64,000 nucleotides of DNA from Candidatus Bathyarchaeia archaeon (GCA_038883655.1 JAVZLQ010000001.1:288001-352000), one strand, 5' to 3'. Shown: positions 29,143-39,920, counted from the stretch's first letter. The notes: generated by a model from the letters alone, not told the origin. Made by a program: numbers and translations.

Positions 29143-31650
29143 TTACTCCTTTAACGTTCCTTCCTCTTCTCCCTCTTCAATCGAAATCTGAATAATCTTC
29201 AACTTAACTAGAACCACAATGATCACGATGACAATCACTGGAACAATAATCAAAAGCCAAGTTGTCAAAGTCCATCCCTCCGCCTTTGCTGGAACAACCA
29301 AAAGTGTCACTTGTCTAGATGCGCTCACATAACCATCCTTAGAAACGCTAGCAATTATTATCACCTGTAATTCTGTTGATGTTTGTGGAGCGTCAAAAGT
29401 AAAGGTGCACGTACCATCTGAACCAGTAACATTTGTGGACGAAATAAACGTACCGTAACTTGCTTGCATAAAAACATTCGCGCCACTAACAAAGAATGAA
29501 TCCTCATTACGCTTAACAATCACCTTGACAAGCGCACTTTTCCCTGACTCAACAATAGGCGTTATTATTTCAATGTTAAATGTATAAGGGTTAACTGTTA
29601 TGAGTGCTTGGCTTTGTCCTGCGTTGTATCCAGCTTTTGTAGCGTTTGCCATGATTGTAACACTCTTTTGTTCGTTAACAATAGGCGCCGTGAAATTGAA
29701 TGTTACTTCACCGTTTACGTTCGTTATCCCATATGTTAAGGAAAGACTTCCATCTGATGTTTCCATTGTTACATGTGCTCCTTCAACTGGACTCATATCA
29801 TATTCCATCACACGTACTGTCAGCGCTAATTGTGTTCCAGAAAAGGTTTGAGAAGATTCTGGGGTAATCTGAACGGCAAGCGTTCCAGGCTCCACTATTC
29901 CCGTTGCTTGCCAAATTTCCAGATCTTCATAATCTGAACTATCTGCGTAATTCACCCCGCCCATGGATGCAATAGCCACTATTCTGACATAGTCTTTTTC
30001 GACATCATCTTCTATGAATGGAGCTATAAACGTTGTATTGAAAACGCCCACTTCATTCGTTTGTCCAGTTGAAATATTGAAGTCCCCTCCAACTAGGGAA
30101 TACAATGTTACTGTTGCGTCTGCCACTGGGGTTGTTCCATTTGTCACATAAACTGTTACGTTAACATTTCCTTTTTCAACAGTCTTTAGACTACTCAATT
30201 CAAGATTGACAAATAATGGTTGAAGCATATCTCTTACGTAAATTGTAGCAGTAGTGGCAGAACTTATTGCTCCATAATCATCCACAACCCAAAGACGCAC
30301 GTTATAATCGCCTGGAGATGCATATTCGTGGGCGAAAACTGATAGTGTCGTCCAACCGCTGTTGCTTTCATCTCCAAAATCAATATAGTATTGATAAACA
30401 TATCCGTCCTCGTCCTCATCATGTGAGTTTGTTGCATAGAACATTACAGCGGAGTTTGGCTGAACCCAAGTTTTATCTGTGAGTAGGTTTGCGGTCGGAG
30501 GCGTGTTTATCTGACCTATAGGTTTCGTTAAGTATGGTATAAAGTCGATGTCTGCGCCGTTTCCGCCAACTTTATCGCCCTTCCCATGCGGATTGAGTGA
30601 TTCGTGGTTTGGCCCCGTCGGGTCTCCCCAATAGTTATGCTCCGCGATAACGTTGACGGGGTATTCAACGTTTGCCTCAATGTCCATTCCAACCTCGTTT
30701 CCATATAAATCGTTGTACTCTGCGGTGTGGCTTCCATTGGTGTATAGCGCGCCTACTTTGTTATATGAGATGGAATTTCTGGTTAGGTAGGTGTTTACTG
30801 AGGTTGAAATGTAAAATCCTACGTTGTTTGATGAGATGGCGTTATCGAAAATGTTTATGTTCGCGTGGCTTTCCGCTTCAATTAGTACTCCATTTTGAGT
30901 GTTCGCTGAGATTATGCTTCTTGTGATGTTAACGTTTGAGACGCTTGCTCCAGTTAAGAGAATTCCGTTAATGTTTCCAATTAAAGATACATTTGCTATC
31001 GCTACATGCCCACTTCCAGTAATGGATATGCCGTTTTCACCGTTATTGATCACGTGACCATATTGAATGTTTGCGCTGCTGTCTGTTATATTTATCCCGT
31101 TTTTAGTGCAGAAAATAATAGTGAAGTTTTGGATGTTTAAAACTCCATTTATCACGGTCATACCATTTTCCGAGTAGAGCACCGAAGAATCTTGAAGATC
31201 CACATTGCTGTTCTCTATTACTATGGCGTCTTTACCACCAGCAACCAAACAATACTTTAACGTAGATTTCTCGGCGCCTTTAAAAATTATTGACTCCCAA
31301 TTCCCAACGCCTTTCTGATCCTTATTTGAAGTGAAAATTATGGGTTTTTCAAATGTGCCAACAGCGCTTAGCTTTCCATAGACAAATAATGAGAATGGTC
31401 CACCAAACTTAACCTCAACGCCTGGCTCAATGGTCAATGTAACGCCTGGATAGACAGTGACGTTGTTTGCAATTATAATTGGGCTGTCAAGAAGGGTCCA
31501 GAGAGTATCCCTTGTTATGGGGCCTTCCACGTAAGTGCCTTCCGCTTTGCCATGCAAAGTCATAAAGTTAACATTAATTGTGCTGAAAAATATTGTTAGT
31601 AAAGTGGCTAAAGTCTTAATTTTGTTCTTCATGACGGATGCATCCATCAC
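29143..31650 (-). CDS. Membrane-anchored surface protein: beta-helix, PKD and Ig-like repeats
   Basis: N-terminal signal; Asn/Gly-rich parallel beta-helix repeats ending in NYWGDPTGP; PKD motif (DFGD...HEY..PG.Y.V.L.V.DD.GA); three V..A.V...T...G Ig-like repeats; C-terminal TM. Confidence 0.85.
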   Translation of the reverse strand: MMDASVMKNKIKTLATLLTIFFSTINVNFMTLHGKAEGTYVEGPITRDTLWTLLDSPIIIANNVTVYPGVTLTIEPGVEVKFGGPFSLFVYGKLSAVGTFEKPIIFTSNKDQKGVGNWESIIFKGAEKSTLKYCLVAGGKDAIVIENSNVDLQDSSVLYSENGMTVINGVLNIQNFTIIFCTKNGINITDSSANIQYGHVINNGENGISITGSGHVAIANVSLIGNINGILLTGASVSNVNITRSIISANTQNGVLIEAESHANINIFDNAISSNNVGFYISTSVNTYLTRNSISYNKVGALYTNGSHTAEYNDLYGNEVGMDIEANVEYPVNVIAEHNYWGDPTGPNHESLNPHGKGDKVGGNGADIDFIPYLTKPIGQINTPPTANLLTDKTWVQPNSAVMFYATNSHDEDEDGYVYQYYIDFGDESNSGWTTLSVFAHEYASPGDYNVRLWVVDDYGAISSATTATIYVRDMLQPLFVNLELSSLKTVEKGNVNVTVYVTNGTTPVADATVTLYSLVGGDFNISTGQTNEVGVFNTTFIAPFIEDDVEKDYVRIVAIASMGGVNYADSSDYEDLEIWQATGIVEPGTLAVQITPESSQTFSGTQLALTVRVMEYDMSPVEGAHVTMETSDGSLSLTYGITNVNGEVTFNFTAPIVNEQKSVTIMANATKAGYNAGQSQALITVNPYTFNIEIITPIVESGKSALVKVIVKRNEDSFFVSGANVFMQASYGTFISSTNVTGSDGTCTFTFDAPQTSTELQVIIIASVSKDGYVSASRQVTLLVVPAKAEGWTLTTWLLIIVPVIVIVIIVVLVKLKIIQISIEEGEEEGTLKE

Positions 31651-31694
31651 AGTTGATTTTACAGTATCCTCTAGGCTGTATCAGTTTAAACATT

Positions 31695-31724
31695 ATGAAT
31701 TCGAAATAAAACTTCAAAATCTAT
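31695..31724 (-). promoter_or_regulatory. Putative operator copy upstream of the adhesin gene
   Basis: ATGAATTCGAAAT-N4-CTTCAAAATCTAT, 5 nt upstream of minus-strand TTAAAC. Confidence 0.45.
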
Positions 31725-31806
31725 GTGTCTAATCACGACAAAAGCTTAGTAAACAAGGAAGAAATTTAACAGAGGCATACCAAACACGAAATACGGAGGA
31801 AACCAT

Positions 31807-32580
31807 TTGAAATACTTCACGGCATTTGCGCTTGAAGATTTTCCACTGGTAAACCCTGGAGATAACATAGCAGAACTAATCCTCAAAACAGCACAAAAAA
31901 ATGGCTTAAAAATTGATGACGGCGATGTAATAGCTATTGCACAGAAAATTTTTTCGAAAGCAGAAAACCGTGTTGTTACGCTTAAAAGTGTTCTTCCATC
32001 TGAAAGGGCTTTCAAGATTGCGAAGAAAACTGGCAAAAGCCCAAAGTTCGTTGAACTTGTTTTGGAAGAATCTGAAAATGTACTAAAAGCAACCCGCGAA
32101 ACTCTGCTTGTAAAAGACAAACGCGGACTGATATGCATAAACGCTGGGATAGACAAGTCAAACGTCGAAGGTAGAGGCAAATTCGCCCTTCTTCCAGAAA
32201 ACCCGGACATTTCTGCTGAAAAATGCCGTAAGGAGATCAAAAAGTTGACGGGCAAAAATGTTGCTGTTATAATATGCGATACATATAGTCGCCCATTTAG
32301 GCGTGGTCAAGTTAACTTTGCTATAGGCTTTGCTGGAATAAAACCATTTAAAGATTACAGAGGGAAGGAGGACCTTTTCGGTCAAACATTAAAAGTAAAA
32401 AACGTTGCGATCGTCGATGAGATCGCTGCAGCAGCTGAACTCCTTATGGGTCAAGCCAAAGAGGCGAGACCAGTCGTTATATTTAAGGGGCTAAAGGACT
32501 TAGTGGAATTCTGTGAAAACTGTAGTGTGAGAGAACTTGAAATTTCAAGCGAAGAAGACTTGTTTAAAGGGGTCTTATAG
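31807..32580 (+). CDS. cofE: Coenzyme F420-0:L-glutamate ligase
   Basis: P.V.PGD, KI.SKAE, NAGIDKSN, LLPENPD.SA, DTYSRPFRRG, DEIAAAAELLMG. Confidence 0.93.
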   Translation: MKYFTAFALEDFPLVNPGDNIAELILKTAQKNGLKIDDGDVIAIAQKIFSKAENRVVTLKSVLPSERAFKIAKKTGKSPKFVELVLEESENVLKATRETLLVKDKRGLICINAGIDKSNVEGRGKFALLPENPDISAEKCRKEIKKLTGKNVAVIICDTYSRPFRRGQVNFAIGFAGIKPFKDYRGKEDLFGQTLKVKNVAIVDEIAAAAELLMGQAKEARPVVIFKGLKDLVEFCENCSVRELEISSEEDLFKGVL

Positions 32581-32582
32581 AA

Positions 32583-33227
32583 TCAAAACCGTTGCATAAA
32601 GGGGTTTGTGCGTTTTTCCTCGCCTATAGTTGTTGTAGGTCCATGTCCAGGATAAACTACAAAGTTGTCTGGTAAAAGTGCCAATTTCTCTAAAGAATTT
32701 TTCATTTCCTGTTCAGAGCCTTCTGGAAAATCCGTCCTTCCAATGGACCCCATAAACAATGTGTCGCCCGTGAAGATTTCCCTGTCTCCGAGAAGTGATA
32801 TGCTTCCGTGGCTATGTCCCGGAGTATGCATGACCCTTAAAACGACCTTTCCGAACCTCAGCAGATCTCCATCTGATAGAAGTTTGTCAGCCGGCGGCGA
32901 AGATTTTTCGAAACCTAAGAAGTCAGCGATTCTTCTGCCAACTTCGCCGAGCATGTGTGCGTCAAGCTTATGAATCAATATTGGCACTTTAAACTTTTCC
33001 TTTACAATTCCGTTTCCGCATGTGTGGTCCGGGTGTCCATGCGTATTCACAATTAGTTTTAAGTTTAGGTTATTTGCTTTTATTGACCCTAAAACCTCTT
33101 CTGCTTCTGCACTGTTGTCAAATCCCGGATCGATAATGATTGCATCCTTTGTTTGTTTGCATGCTACCACGTAGCAGTTTGTATAGAATTTGCCGACGAC
33201 AAATGCCTCTATCCTCATGATTGTCAA
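32583..33227 (-). CDS. MBL-fold metallo-hydrolase (glyoxalase II-like)
   Basis: THGHPDH, HTPGHS, TGDTLF, YPGHG. Confidence 0.9.
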   Translation of the reverse strand: MTIMRIEAFVVGKFYTNCYVVACKQTKDAIIIDPGFDNSAEAEEVLGSIKANNLNLKLIVNTHGHPDHTCGNGIVKEKFKVPILIHKLDAHMLGEVGRRIADFLGFEKSSPPADKLLSDGDLLRFGKVVLRVMHTPGHSHGSISLLGDREIFTGDTLFMGSIGRTDFPEGSEQEMKNSLEKLALLPDNFVVYPGHGPTTTIGEEKRTNPFMQRF

Positions 33228-33333
33228 CAGTCCGCTATCTTATAGATAAGTATACCCTTGCACTCTTGGCTGTTACAACATACATAAAACAGATAAGTTT
33301 CATTTACAATAATTACTTCTGGAGATTGGAGAG

Positions 33334-33540
33334 TTGAGATTTCAAGAAATTGAAAATGCACTAGGCCGCTTTAAAGCGTGTCCAAGGTGTAATTCTTCTC
33401 AAGGATTTTGGTTGGGAGTAAAATCTGATAAGGCTTACGTGCAATGTAAGGGATGTGGAGCGCGATTTGAAATATCAGAAGTTTACATGTTAGGCGAGAA
33501 AGGCAGAACGCAGAAAAAATTTGACTTTTTGAAGAAATAA
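33334..33540 (+). CDS. Small Zn-ribbon protein
   Basis: CPRC...CKGC; GGAG SD; fills an intergenic gap. Confidence 0.7.
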   Translation: MRFQEIENALGRFKACPRCNSSQGFWLGVKSDKAYVQCKGCGARFEISEVYMLGEKGRTQKKFDFLKK

Positions 33541-33631
33541 CATTTATTCAAGTTCTGAAGCCGAATAATATTCAATTTTTGAAAGAAAATTCATAAACAA
33601 TACATTCAGCACACTCCAACGAGGAGACTTC

Positions 33632-36600
33632 GTGAAAAAGCTAAACTTGCAGCCGCTTGTTTCGGTCATAATACCCACATTTAACTCCCAAAACAACATA
33701 AAACAGTGCATCACATCAATTAAAAGACAAACCTACAAAAAAACTGAAATATTGATAGTTGACCGTTACAGCAAAGACTATACGAAAAAGATAGCGGAAG
33801 AGCTTGGAGCAAAAGTCTTTTTACTTGATGGAGAAAGAAGCGAAGCCAGAAACTACGCAGCAAAAAAGGCTCATGGGGTTTTTCTTCTGTTCATCGATTC
33901 AGATATGCTGTTAAACCCTAAAGTGGTCGAGGCTTGTGTGGAATCATGTTTGCATCAAGGCGCCGACGCTGTGATTATACCCGAAAAATATGTTGGTCAC
34001 GGATTACTTAGCGAATTGAGGAAAAGGGAGAAGATTTTTCTATCTACGAACAGCGAGTTAATGGAAATTCCCCGTTTCTTTAGAAAAAGCGTTTTTCTCG
34101 GATTGGGCGGCTATGATGAAAGACTTGTGTGCGGAGAAGATTTTGAACTTTTTCAAAGATTCAGAAAAGGAGGCTACGAAGTTAACAGAATAAACCATGA
34201 GATAATTCATTTTGAAGGAAAATTAACATTAAGCAAAATTTTTTTAAAGGCTTACCATTATGGCGAAACCATTCCCGCACTGATAAAGAAAGAGCCGGCC
34301 AACACGATTAGAAGATATGCGGTGCTGCGCTTAGCATCCATCAAAAATGCCAAACTGTATTCTAAAAATTTTAGTTCGGCAATCGGCTTCCTTACAATGA
34401 AAACTTTTGAGTTAACAGCATACTCCCTCGGGATTTTCTCTAGCATGGTGAAAACATTTTCAGAAAAATGTAAGTTTGGAGCATTAATAGACTCTTTAGT
34501 AAAAAACAAAACTGCAATTTTAAATTTCTTAATAATTGTAGCAATTGCCACGGTGATCTTCAGAAATTTCCTATTTACTGACGAATGGCCTGGGGGCGGC
34601 GATGTCCTCGGTTTCATCTCAAGAGCTTATTTGTATGGTAGAGATCTTAGGTGGCTTTTGATGTGGCGTCCATACTCTTTTGGCTTTGTTGAAGGAATAA
34701 ACTTTATGGACTTTTTTCTAATGTTACTTTACTATGTTTTCAGAAGTCCATCATGGACGGTTAAAGCGTTCATGTTTTTATCATATATCGCCGCCGGCCT
34801 CTCCATGTATATCTTTGCCTACCGTTATACGAGAGCTCACGTCGCATCGCTTGCCGCTTCCTTGGTCTATATTCTGAATCAATGGCTGTTTTCACAGCTA
34901 ACAGAGGCCCACGTCGATATCATCTATAGTTACGCGTTGGCACCGTTAATCTTCATAACGCTGGACAAGGCGCTGCAAACAGGCAGACCTAAACATGTTC
35001 TTATTCTTTCCTTAAGCCTAAGCCTCTTCATAACTAGTTTTCATCCTGAGTTCATAGTTATCTACGGTGTTTTTCTAGCGCTATTCACAGCGTTCCTCAT
35101 ATTCTATCCAGTCAAGATAGAAACCGTAAAGGTTCGTCTTTTACGTTTTTTTAAAGTTGCTTTTCCATCAGCCCTCCTTGTCTTTCTGCTGTCAGCCTTC
35201 TTCCTAATCCCTTTTCTGATCAACGTTAGATCACCATATTTTCACCCTTCGTACAAATATCCTTTGGAAGACGCTTACCTTTGTAGTTACACAAACTTGT
35301 TTGACGCTTTTGTTTTGAGGGCTGTGGAAAAGTGGGGTTACAACAACATTTTAGACGTTTATACCCAAATGGGAGTAGCTGATTTCCCGTTATACAATCT
35401 TCTTTTCATTTTGTTCTTTCTATCGTACTGCACACTTTTGGCACGTAGAGATCGCTACACAATTTTCTTTGCCACTTCAATGCTTACTTCTATTTTTGTT
35501 GCAAAGGGTCCAAACTCACCTCTTGGACAAGTTTTCATTTGGGCATGGTTCAACATTCCGCACTTTGCAATTTTTAGGGCGGCAAACCGATGGGTTGTAA
35601 TGGCTATTTTTTCTCACGCCTTTTTCACTGCACTTTTAACGCATTACTTGACAGATTATGTTAAAAGCAGGAAGCATGCACAAATAAGCGAGTTTCTGTT
35701 TAAGGTAAGGTTGAAGGTTGGCAATTTTTCCAAAAATAAACTCGTCACATTCTCCTTAGACTCCTTCAACGCCTTTTTGAAGAAAATGCACAAGCTCATC
35801 CATTTCGTAAGCATAATCCTTTTAACACTCGTATTTCTTAGCGGCTTTCTCGCTGTCTCCTTCTTTTTCCTTCAAGGTGTGTACGTTTACACGCCGCCGA
35901 AGCAGTATCTGGCTCCCTATGAGTGGCTTTCACTTCAACAAGACGACTATAAAGTAGTTTCTGTTGGTAGAAGCTCGCATGAATGGCTAATCTCGCCAGA
36001 TGAATATTCGGATTTCGCTTCAAGTGCGATGCAGACGACGCTTGGTTGGGGACATGACATAGGCTTTGACAGCGCCTTTATACATGATAAACCAGTTCTT
36101 CAAGACGGCGGCTGGAACTTTAGAGCGCGGGAGTTCGTTGATCATTTAAGATTTAGACTCGCAAGAGAACATTTAACCGACAACCTTTTCAAAATTTTGG
36201 GAACATTCGCCTACAAGTACATAGTGATACCGCCATACGTGACCAACAAGACACGAGAGTTTTTCCTAAACCAAGAGGGCTATAATGTTATTTACAACGA
36301 TACCTCGCTGGTCCTTCAAAATAGATACGCCGTGCCAAGGATTTTTGCAGTGACTAATTCAATGTTTGTTGTTGGCGGACTGGAATCTTTTGATGCACTC
36401 TGCAAAATTGGTAGTTTCCGCCTAAACGAAACCGCCTTATTCTTCGCTTCTATGACCAGCGACAGCGACTCCCCTGGAATAGAATCTATAGACGAGCTTC
36501 AAATGGTAAGTTTTGTTAACTCAGATGTTCTTGATCTAGCGTTACTCTCTTTTATTGGCGAGAAAAGCTTCATTTTTGCAGGAAACTACGGCGTTTCAAG

Positions 36601-38212
36601 TATAAACCATACCGCATATTGGATAAAGGGGTCTTCATGGCGAATTTTGGGTGCTTTAGTCCTTAGCGGGGATACTTTGACAACTTCTGGGAAGAACAGA
36701 ATTGATATCCCTTTTGAGCTAGACGAGAGTGGGCGATACGATTTCTGGTTAAGGATGGGGTTTGCACCCTGCCGTGGAAAACTGAAAATATATGTTGATG
36801 GAGAGCCGATTCGCGAAATCCGCGCAGAAGCCCAATTATGGTCTAAACTTTCATGGGTTAACGCGACAAGACTTGAATTGACTAAAGGTAAGCATCTGGT
36901 AACACTGGAAAATGATGGAACTGGATATAATGACATTGACACAATAGCATTCATTAAACCCTCCGAACTTGAATCAAAGATGAAAGGAATAACTCAAACC
37001 TTACAGGATTTCTCTGGGCGCATTTTATGTTTTTATGAAGCAGAAAACCTTTTCCTAGACTCCTCAAGCACCGAATGGATTTGGACTTTAAAGCCTCATG
37101 TTGGGTACATGGTTCGCTCAGAAAGTTATGGCGTAAACGTTGCCCCACTTGCCTCTGCAAGTGCAAGCTCAACAAGCTGGATAGGCGATTACCAATTTGA
37201 GGCGAAGTATGCAAATGATAATAACGCACAGACAAGATGGGCTTCTGAAAATAGTGTAATTCCGCAATGGCTGGAGTTAACTTGGGAAAAGCCGCAGCAA
37301 ATTCTTGGTGTTCGACTGCTTTTTGAAAATGCCTACGCAAAAGGTTACTCGATACAAACATGGAATGGCGTGGAGTGGATAACCCAAATAGAGGTAGCCG
37401 ACAACAAGGCGCTTGAAAGAACACATATCTTTACAGAACCTGTGGAAACGGATAAACTTCGAATTTTAGTCACAGAATTTTCAATTCACGATTTAGTAAG
37501 CATATGGGAAATCCAAGCCTACGCGTCCGGCGCAACTTCTTCAGCAAATATAACTGTGCCTCGCAGTGGAAACTACATGCTTGCAGCGAGAGTTTCAAAA
37601 GGTTCAAACTGTGGGAAATTATATCTTAACTTAGGTGGCAGAGTCTACATCTTACAATGCAACAGTCCTACAAATACTGTTGAATGGTGCGAAATTGGGC
37701 CAGTCTTCCTCGAGGAAGGAGAACATAAAATAAGCGTTGGCGGGTCCGGGCTTATTGAATTCGACTGCTTTATCATTTACTCGCTTCGAAGTGATGAAGA
37801 GCACTTATCCCTAGGTGACTTGTTCACTGCAAAAAGTGATGGAATATCCATAAGCTATGAAAAGGTGAATCCGTGCCTTTTCAGAGTTTATGTTAATACT
37901 AATGAAGCGTTTACGCTGATTTTCTCGGACACTTATGACTCCTTATGGAAGGCTTTTGTTGACAGCGAGGCAGTACCCCCAAATCTTGCCTATTCTATTG
38001 TTAATAGCTATCGCATAAACAAAACAGGGCAGTTTGCCATAACCATTTACTTTGATGGGCAATTATACGCCGATATGAGCTTAACCATATCCATCTCCAG
38101 CTTTGTCGTGGTTTTCATAGTGGCATCTGCTTTCGCGTTAATTTCTTGTAAAAGGTTTTCTGGCAAGCGTGTTTTCTGGAGGAGGCTTGTTTTTTGGAAG
38201 AGAGCGAGCTAG
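33632..38212 (+). CDS. Multidomain glycosyltransferase: GT2, polytopic GT-C-like domain, CBM/discoidin modules, C-terminal TM
   Basis: N-terminal VSVIIPTFN/DSD/GEDFE GT2; 10 or more TMs after WPGGGD; F5/8C-like NVA..ASASASS...D.N..TRWAS...WLEL...SIWEI; YfhO/AftD-like FSDTYD..WKA tail. Confidence 0.8.
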   Translation: MKKLNLQPLVSVIIPTFNSQNNIKQCITSIKRQTYKKTEILIVDRYSKDYTKKIAEELGAKVFLLDGERSEARNYAAKKAHGVFLLFIDSDMLLNPKVVEACVESCLHQGADAVIIPEKYVGHGLLSELRKREKIFLSTNSELMEIPRFFRKSVFLGLGGYDERLVCGEDFELFQRFRKGGYEVNRINHEIIHFEGKLTLSKIFLKAYHYGETIPALIKKEPANTIRRYAVLRLASIKNAKLYSKNFSSAIGFLTMKTFELTAYSLGIFSSMVKTFSEKCKFGALIDSLVKNKTAILNFLIIVAIATVIFRNFLFTDEWPGGGDVLGFISRAYLYGRDLRWLLMWRPYSFGFVEGINFMDFFLMLLYYVFRSPSWTVKAFMFLSYIAAGLSMYIFAYRYTRAHVASLAASLVYILNQWLFSQLTEAHVDIIYSYALAPLIFITLDKALQTGRPKHVLILSLSLSLFITSFHPEFIVIYGVFLALFTAFLIFYPVKIETVKVRLLRFFKVAFPSALLVFLLSAFFLIPFLINVRSPYFHPSYKYPLEDAYLCSYTNLFDAFVLRAVEKWGYNNILDVYTQMGVADFPLYNLLFILFFLSYCTLLARRDRYTIFFATSMLTSIFVAKGPNSPLGQVFIWAWFNIPHFAIFRAANRWVVMAIFSHAFFTALLTHYLTDYVKSRKHAQISEFLFKVRLKVGNFSKNKLVTFSLDSFNAFLKKMHKLIHFVSIILLTLVFLSGFLAVSFFFLQGVYVYTPPKQYLAPYEWLSLQQDDYKVVSVGRSSHEWLISPDEYSDFASSAMQTTLGWGHDIGFDSAFIHDKPVLQDGGWNFRAREFVDHLRFRLAREHLTDNLFKILGTFAYKYIVIPPYVTNKTREFFLNQEGYNVIYNDTSLVLQNRYAVPRIFAVTNSMFVVGGLESFDALCKIGSFRLNETALFFASMTSDSDSPGIESIDELQMVSFVNSDVLDLALLSFIGEKSFIFAGNYGVSSINHTAYWIKGSSWRILGALVLSGDTLTTSGKNRIDIPFELDESGRYDFWLRMGFAPCRGKLKIYVDGEPIREIRAEAQLWSKLSWVNATRLELTKGKHLVTLENDGTGYNDIDTIAFIKPSELESKMKGITQTLQDFSGRILCFYEAENLFLDSSSTEWIWTLKPHVGYMVRSESYGVNVAPLASASASSTSWIGDYQFEAKYANDNNAQTRWASENSVIPQWLELTWEKPQQILGVRLLFENAYAKGYSIQTWNGVEWITQIEVADNKALERTHIFTEPVETDKLRILVTEFSIHDLVSIWEIQAYASGATSSANITVPRSGNYMLAARVSKGSNCGKLYLNLGGRVYILQCNSPTNTVEWCEIGPVFLEEGEHKISVGGSGLIEFDCFIIYSLRSDEEHLSLGDLFTAKSDGISISYEKVNPCLFRVYVNTNEAFTLIFSDTYDSLWKAFVDSEAVPPNLAYSIVNSYRINKTGQFAITIYFDGQLYADMSLTISISSFVVVFIVASAFALISCKRFSGKRVFWRRLVFWKRAS

Positions 38213-39036
38213 AGAAATATTGGGATTATGTGGCCTTGGAGGCGAGGGATTTCGAGAAGCAGCGTCGCCTAGAAAAGTGGAGGAAAGTCGCAAGAAATTG
38301 GCTTGCTGATTACGCTGATAAAAGGGCATATGATTTCATACTGAAAGTTTTAGATGAAATTGTTAGGCTGGATAAATCTGCGAAGATTCTTGATGTTGGA
38401 TGCGGTCCTGGAAAGTGGTCGATGCTTCTGGCAAAGAAGTTTGGTTCAGTAACGGCTGTTGACGTAAGTCCAGAAATGATTTTGTTAGCCAAAGAAAACG
38501 CTAGGAAACACAGCGTGTGTAACGTGGTTTTTCATGTTATGGATGTTTCAAAACTTGATTTTCCAGATGGGACTTACGACTTTATCAACTGCGTAACAGT
38601 GCTGCAGCACATACATGATGATGAATGCTGGCGAAAGGCTATTCGCGAAATAGTTAGGGTGACAAAGACTGGTGGATACATGCTAATGTTTGAAACTGCT
38701 CCAAATTTAACCATAATAAAGCGTACGCGACATCTTAAAATAAGAACTATGCAGCAATACATCGACGAATTTAAAAGCGCTGGGGCATCACTTGTTTATT
38801 GGTGTGCTGTTGACTTATCCCTTCCCATAACAATTCTTGGATTAAGAGCTTATGCCGCATCTTTTAACAAAAGAGTTTACTATTTCATTTCCAAGAGCAG
38901 ATGGGTTCCCGCTGGTCTTCTATCATTCTTGTCTTGGACTGTGGCTTTATTAGCTGGGCTTATAGATTATCGGTTGGCAGAGACTCCGTTGAGTTTTCTT
39001 TCTTTTGGTAGAATTCTCCTCTTCAAAAAGAACTAG
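38194..39036 (+). CDS. Class I SAM-dependent methyltransferase
   Basis: ILDVGCGPG, VDVS..M, YD...CVTVLQH, L....K.GG-type motif. Confidence 0.9.
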   Translation: MEESELEKYWDYVALEARDFEKQRRLEKWRKVARNWLADYADKRAYDFILKVLDEIVRLDKSAKILDVGCGPGKWSMLLAKKFGSVTAVDVSPEMILLAKENARKHSVCNVVFHVMDVSKLDFPDGTYDFINCVTVLQHIHDDECWRKAIREIVRVTKTGGYMLMFETAPNLTIIKRTRHLKIRTMQQYIDEFKSAGASLVYWCAVDLSLPITILGLRAYAASFNKRVYYFISKSRWVPAGLLSFLSWTVALLAGLIDYRLAETPLSFLSFGRILLFKKN

Positions 39037-39112
39037 ACGTGTTTTGTTCAGAGTCGAAAACTGAAGTCTCCTTAAAGCTCTTTTCTTCACAATTCCAAGA
39101 CCAAACCGACAA

Positions 39113-39871
39113 GTGGCTACAAAAATGAAGTGTTACATAGTTTTGCCGTGCTTCAACGAAGAACAGAACATTAAACAACTCATTCATGAGATAGACGTAA
39201 CACTAAAGCCGCATGTTCAATATAGGATAATAGCGATTAATGATGGAAGCCATGACAGAACGGGAGATGTTCTAAAAAACCTTTCAACAGAATACCCGAT
39301 TAGGGTTCTCGTGCACGATACAAACTTGGGTTTGGGCGCCGCTCTGAGAACAGGGCTTGTTGAAGCTGCAAATTTGGCGTGTAACGACGATTTTGTTGTT
39401 ACCATGGACTCTGATAATACGCATAATCCTAAACATGTTCTTGACATGTTGAATTTCGCTTTTGATGCTGATGTAATTATTGGTTCCCGTTATGTTGATG
39501 GAGGAAAACAGCTTAATGTTCCTTTACATAGGGTGATTTTAAGCAAAGGAATTAACTTTTTAGTGAAAAGTCTGTTCCGTTTGCAGGTTAAGGACGCAAC
39601 TAGCGGTTTTAGGTGTTATAGGGCGCGTTTGCTTAAAGTTTTATGTGGCGTTTTTAGGGATAAGCTTATTGAGTCGAAGGGTTTTGTTGCTTCTCTTGAA
39701 CTTTTGTTGAAAGCTGTTAGTTTCGGCGGCGTTGTCAAAGAGGTTCCAATTTTGCTGGACTATGGGAGAAAGGGCGGTGTAAGTAAAATGCGGTTGCTCT
39801 CGACGGTTTTTGGCTATTTATCCCTAATCGTAAGGTTTAGGTTTTTGAATGATTCGAAATGTTTGGGTTAG
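39113..39871 (+). CDS. DPM1-like polyprenol-phosphate glycosyltransferase (GT2)
   Basis: LPCFNE, DGSHD, N.GLG.A, MDSD.TH, IGSRY..GG, D.TSGFR.Y, G.SK. Confidence 0.9.
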   Translation: MATKMKCYIVLPCFNEEQNIKQLIHEIDVTLKPHVQYRIIAINDGSHDRTGDVLKNLSTEYPIRVLVHDTNLGLGAALRTGLVEAANLACNDDFVVTMDSDNTHNPKHVLDMLNFAFDADVIIGSRYVDGGKQLNVPLHRVILSKGINFLVKSLFRLQVKDATSGFRCYRARLLKVLCGVFRDKLIESKGFVASLELLLKAVSFGGVVKEVPILLDYGRKGGVSKMRLLSTVFGYLSLIVRFRFLNDSKCLG

Positions 39872-39920
39872 TTTCGTTTTTTGTTTGAATAACTGTTTTG
39901 GTTTTTATTCTAAGTCTGAG

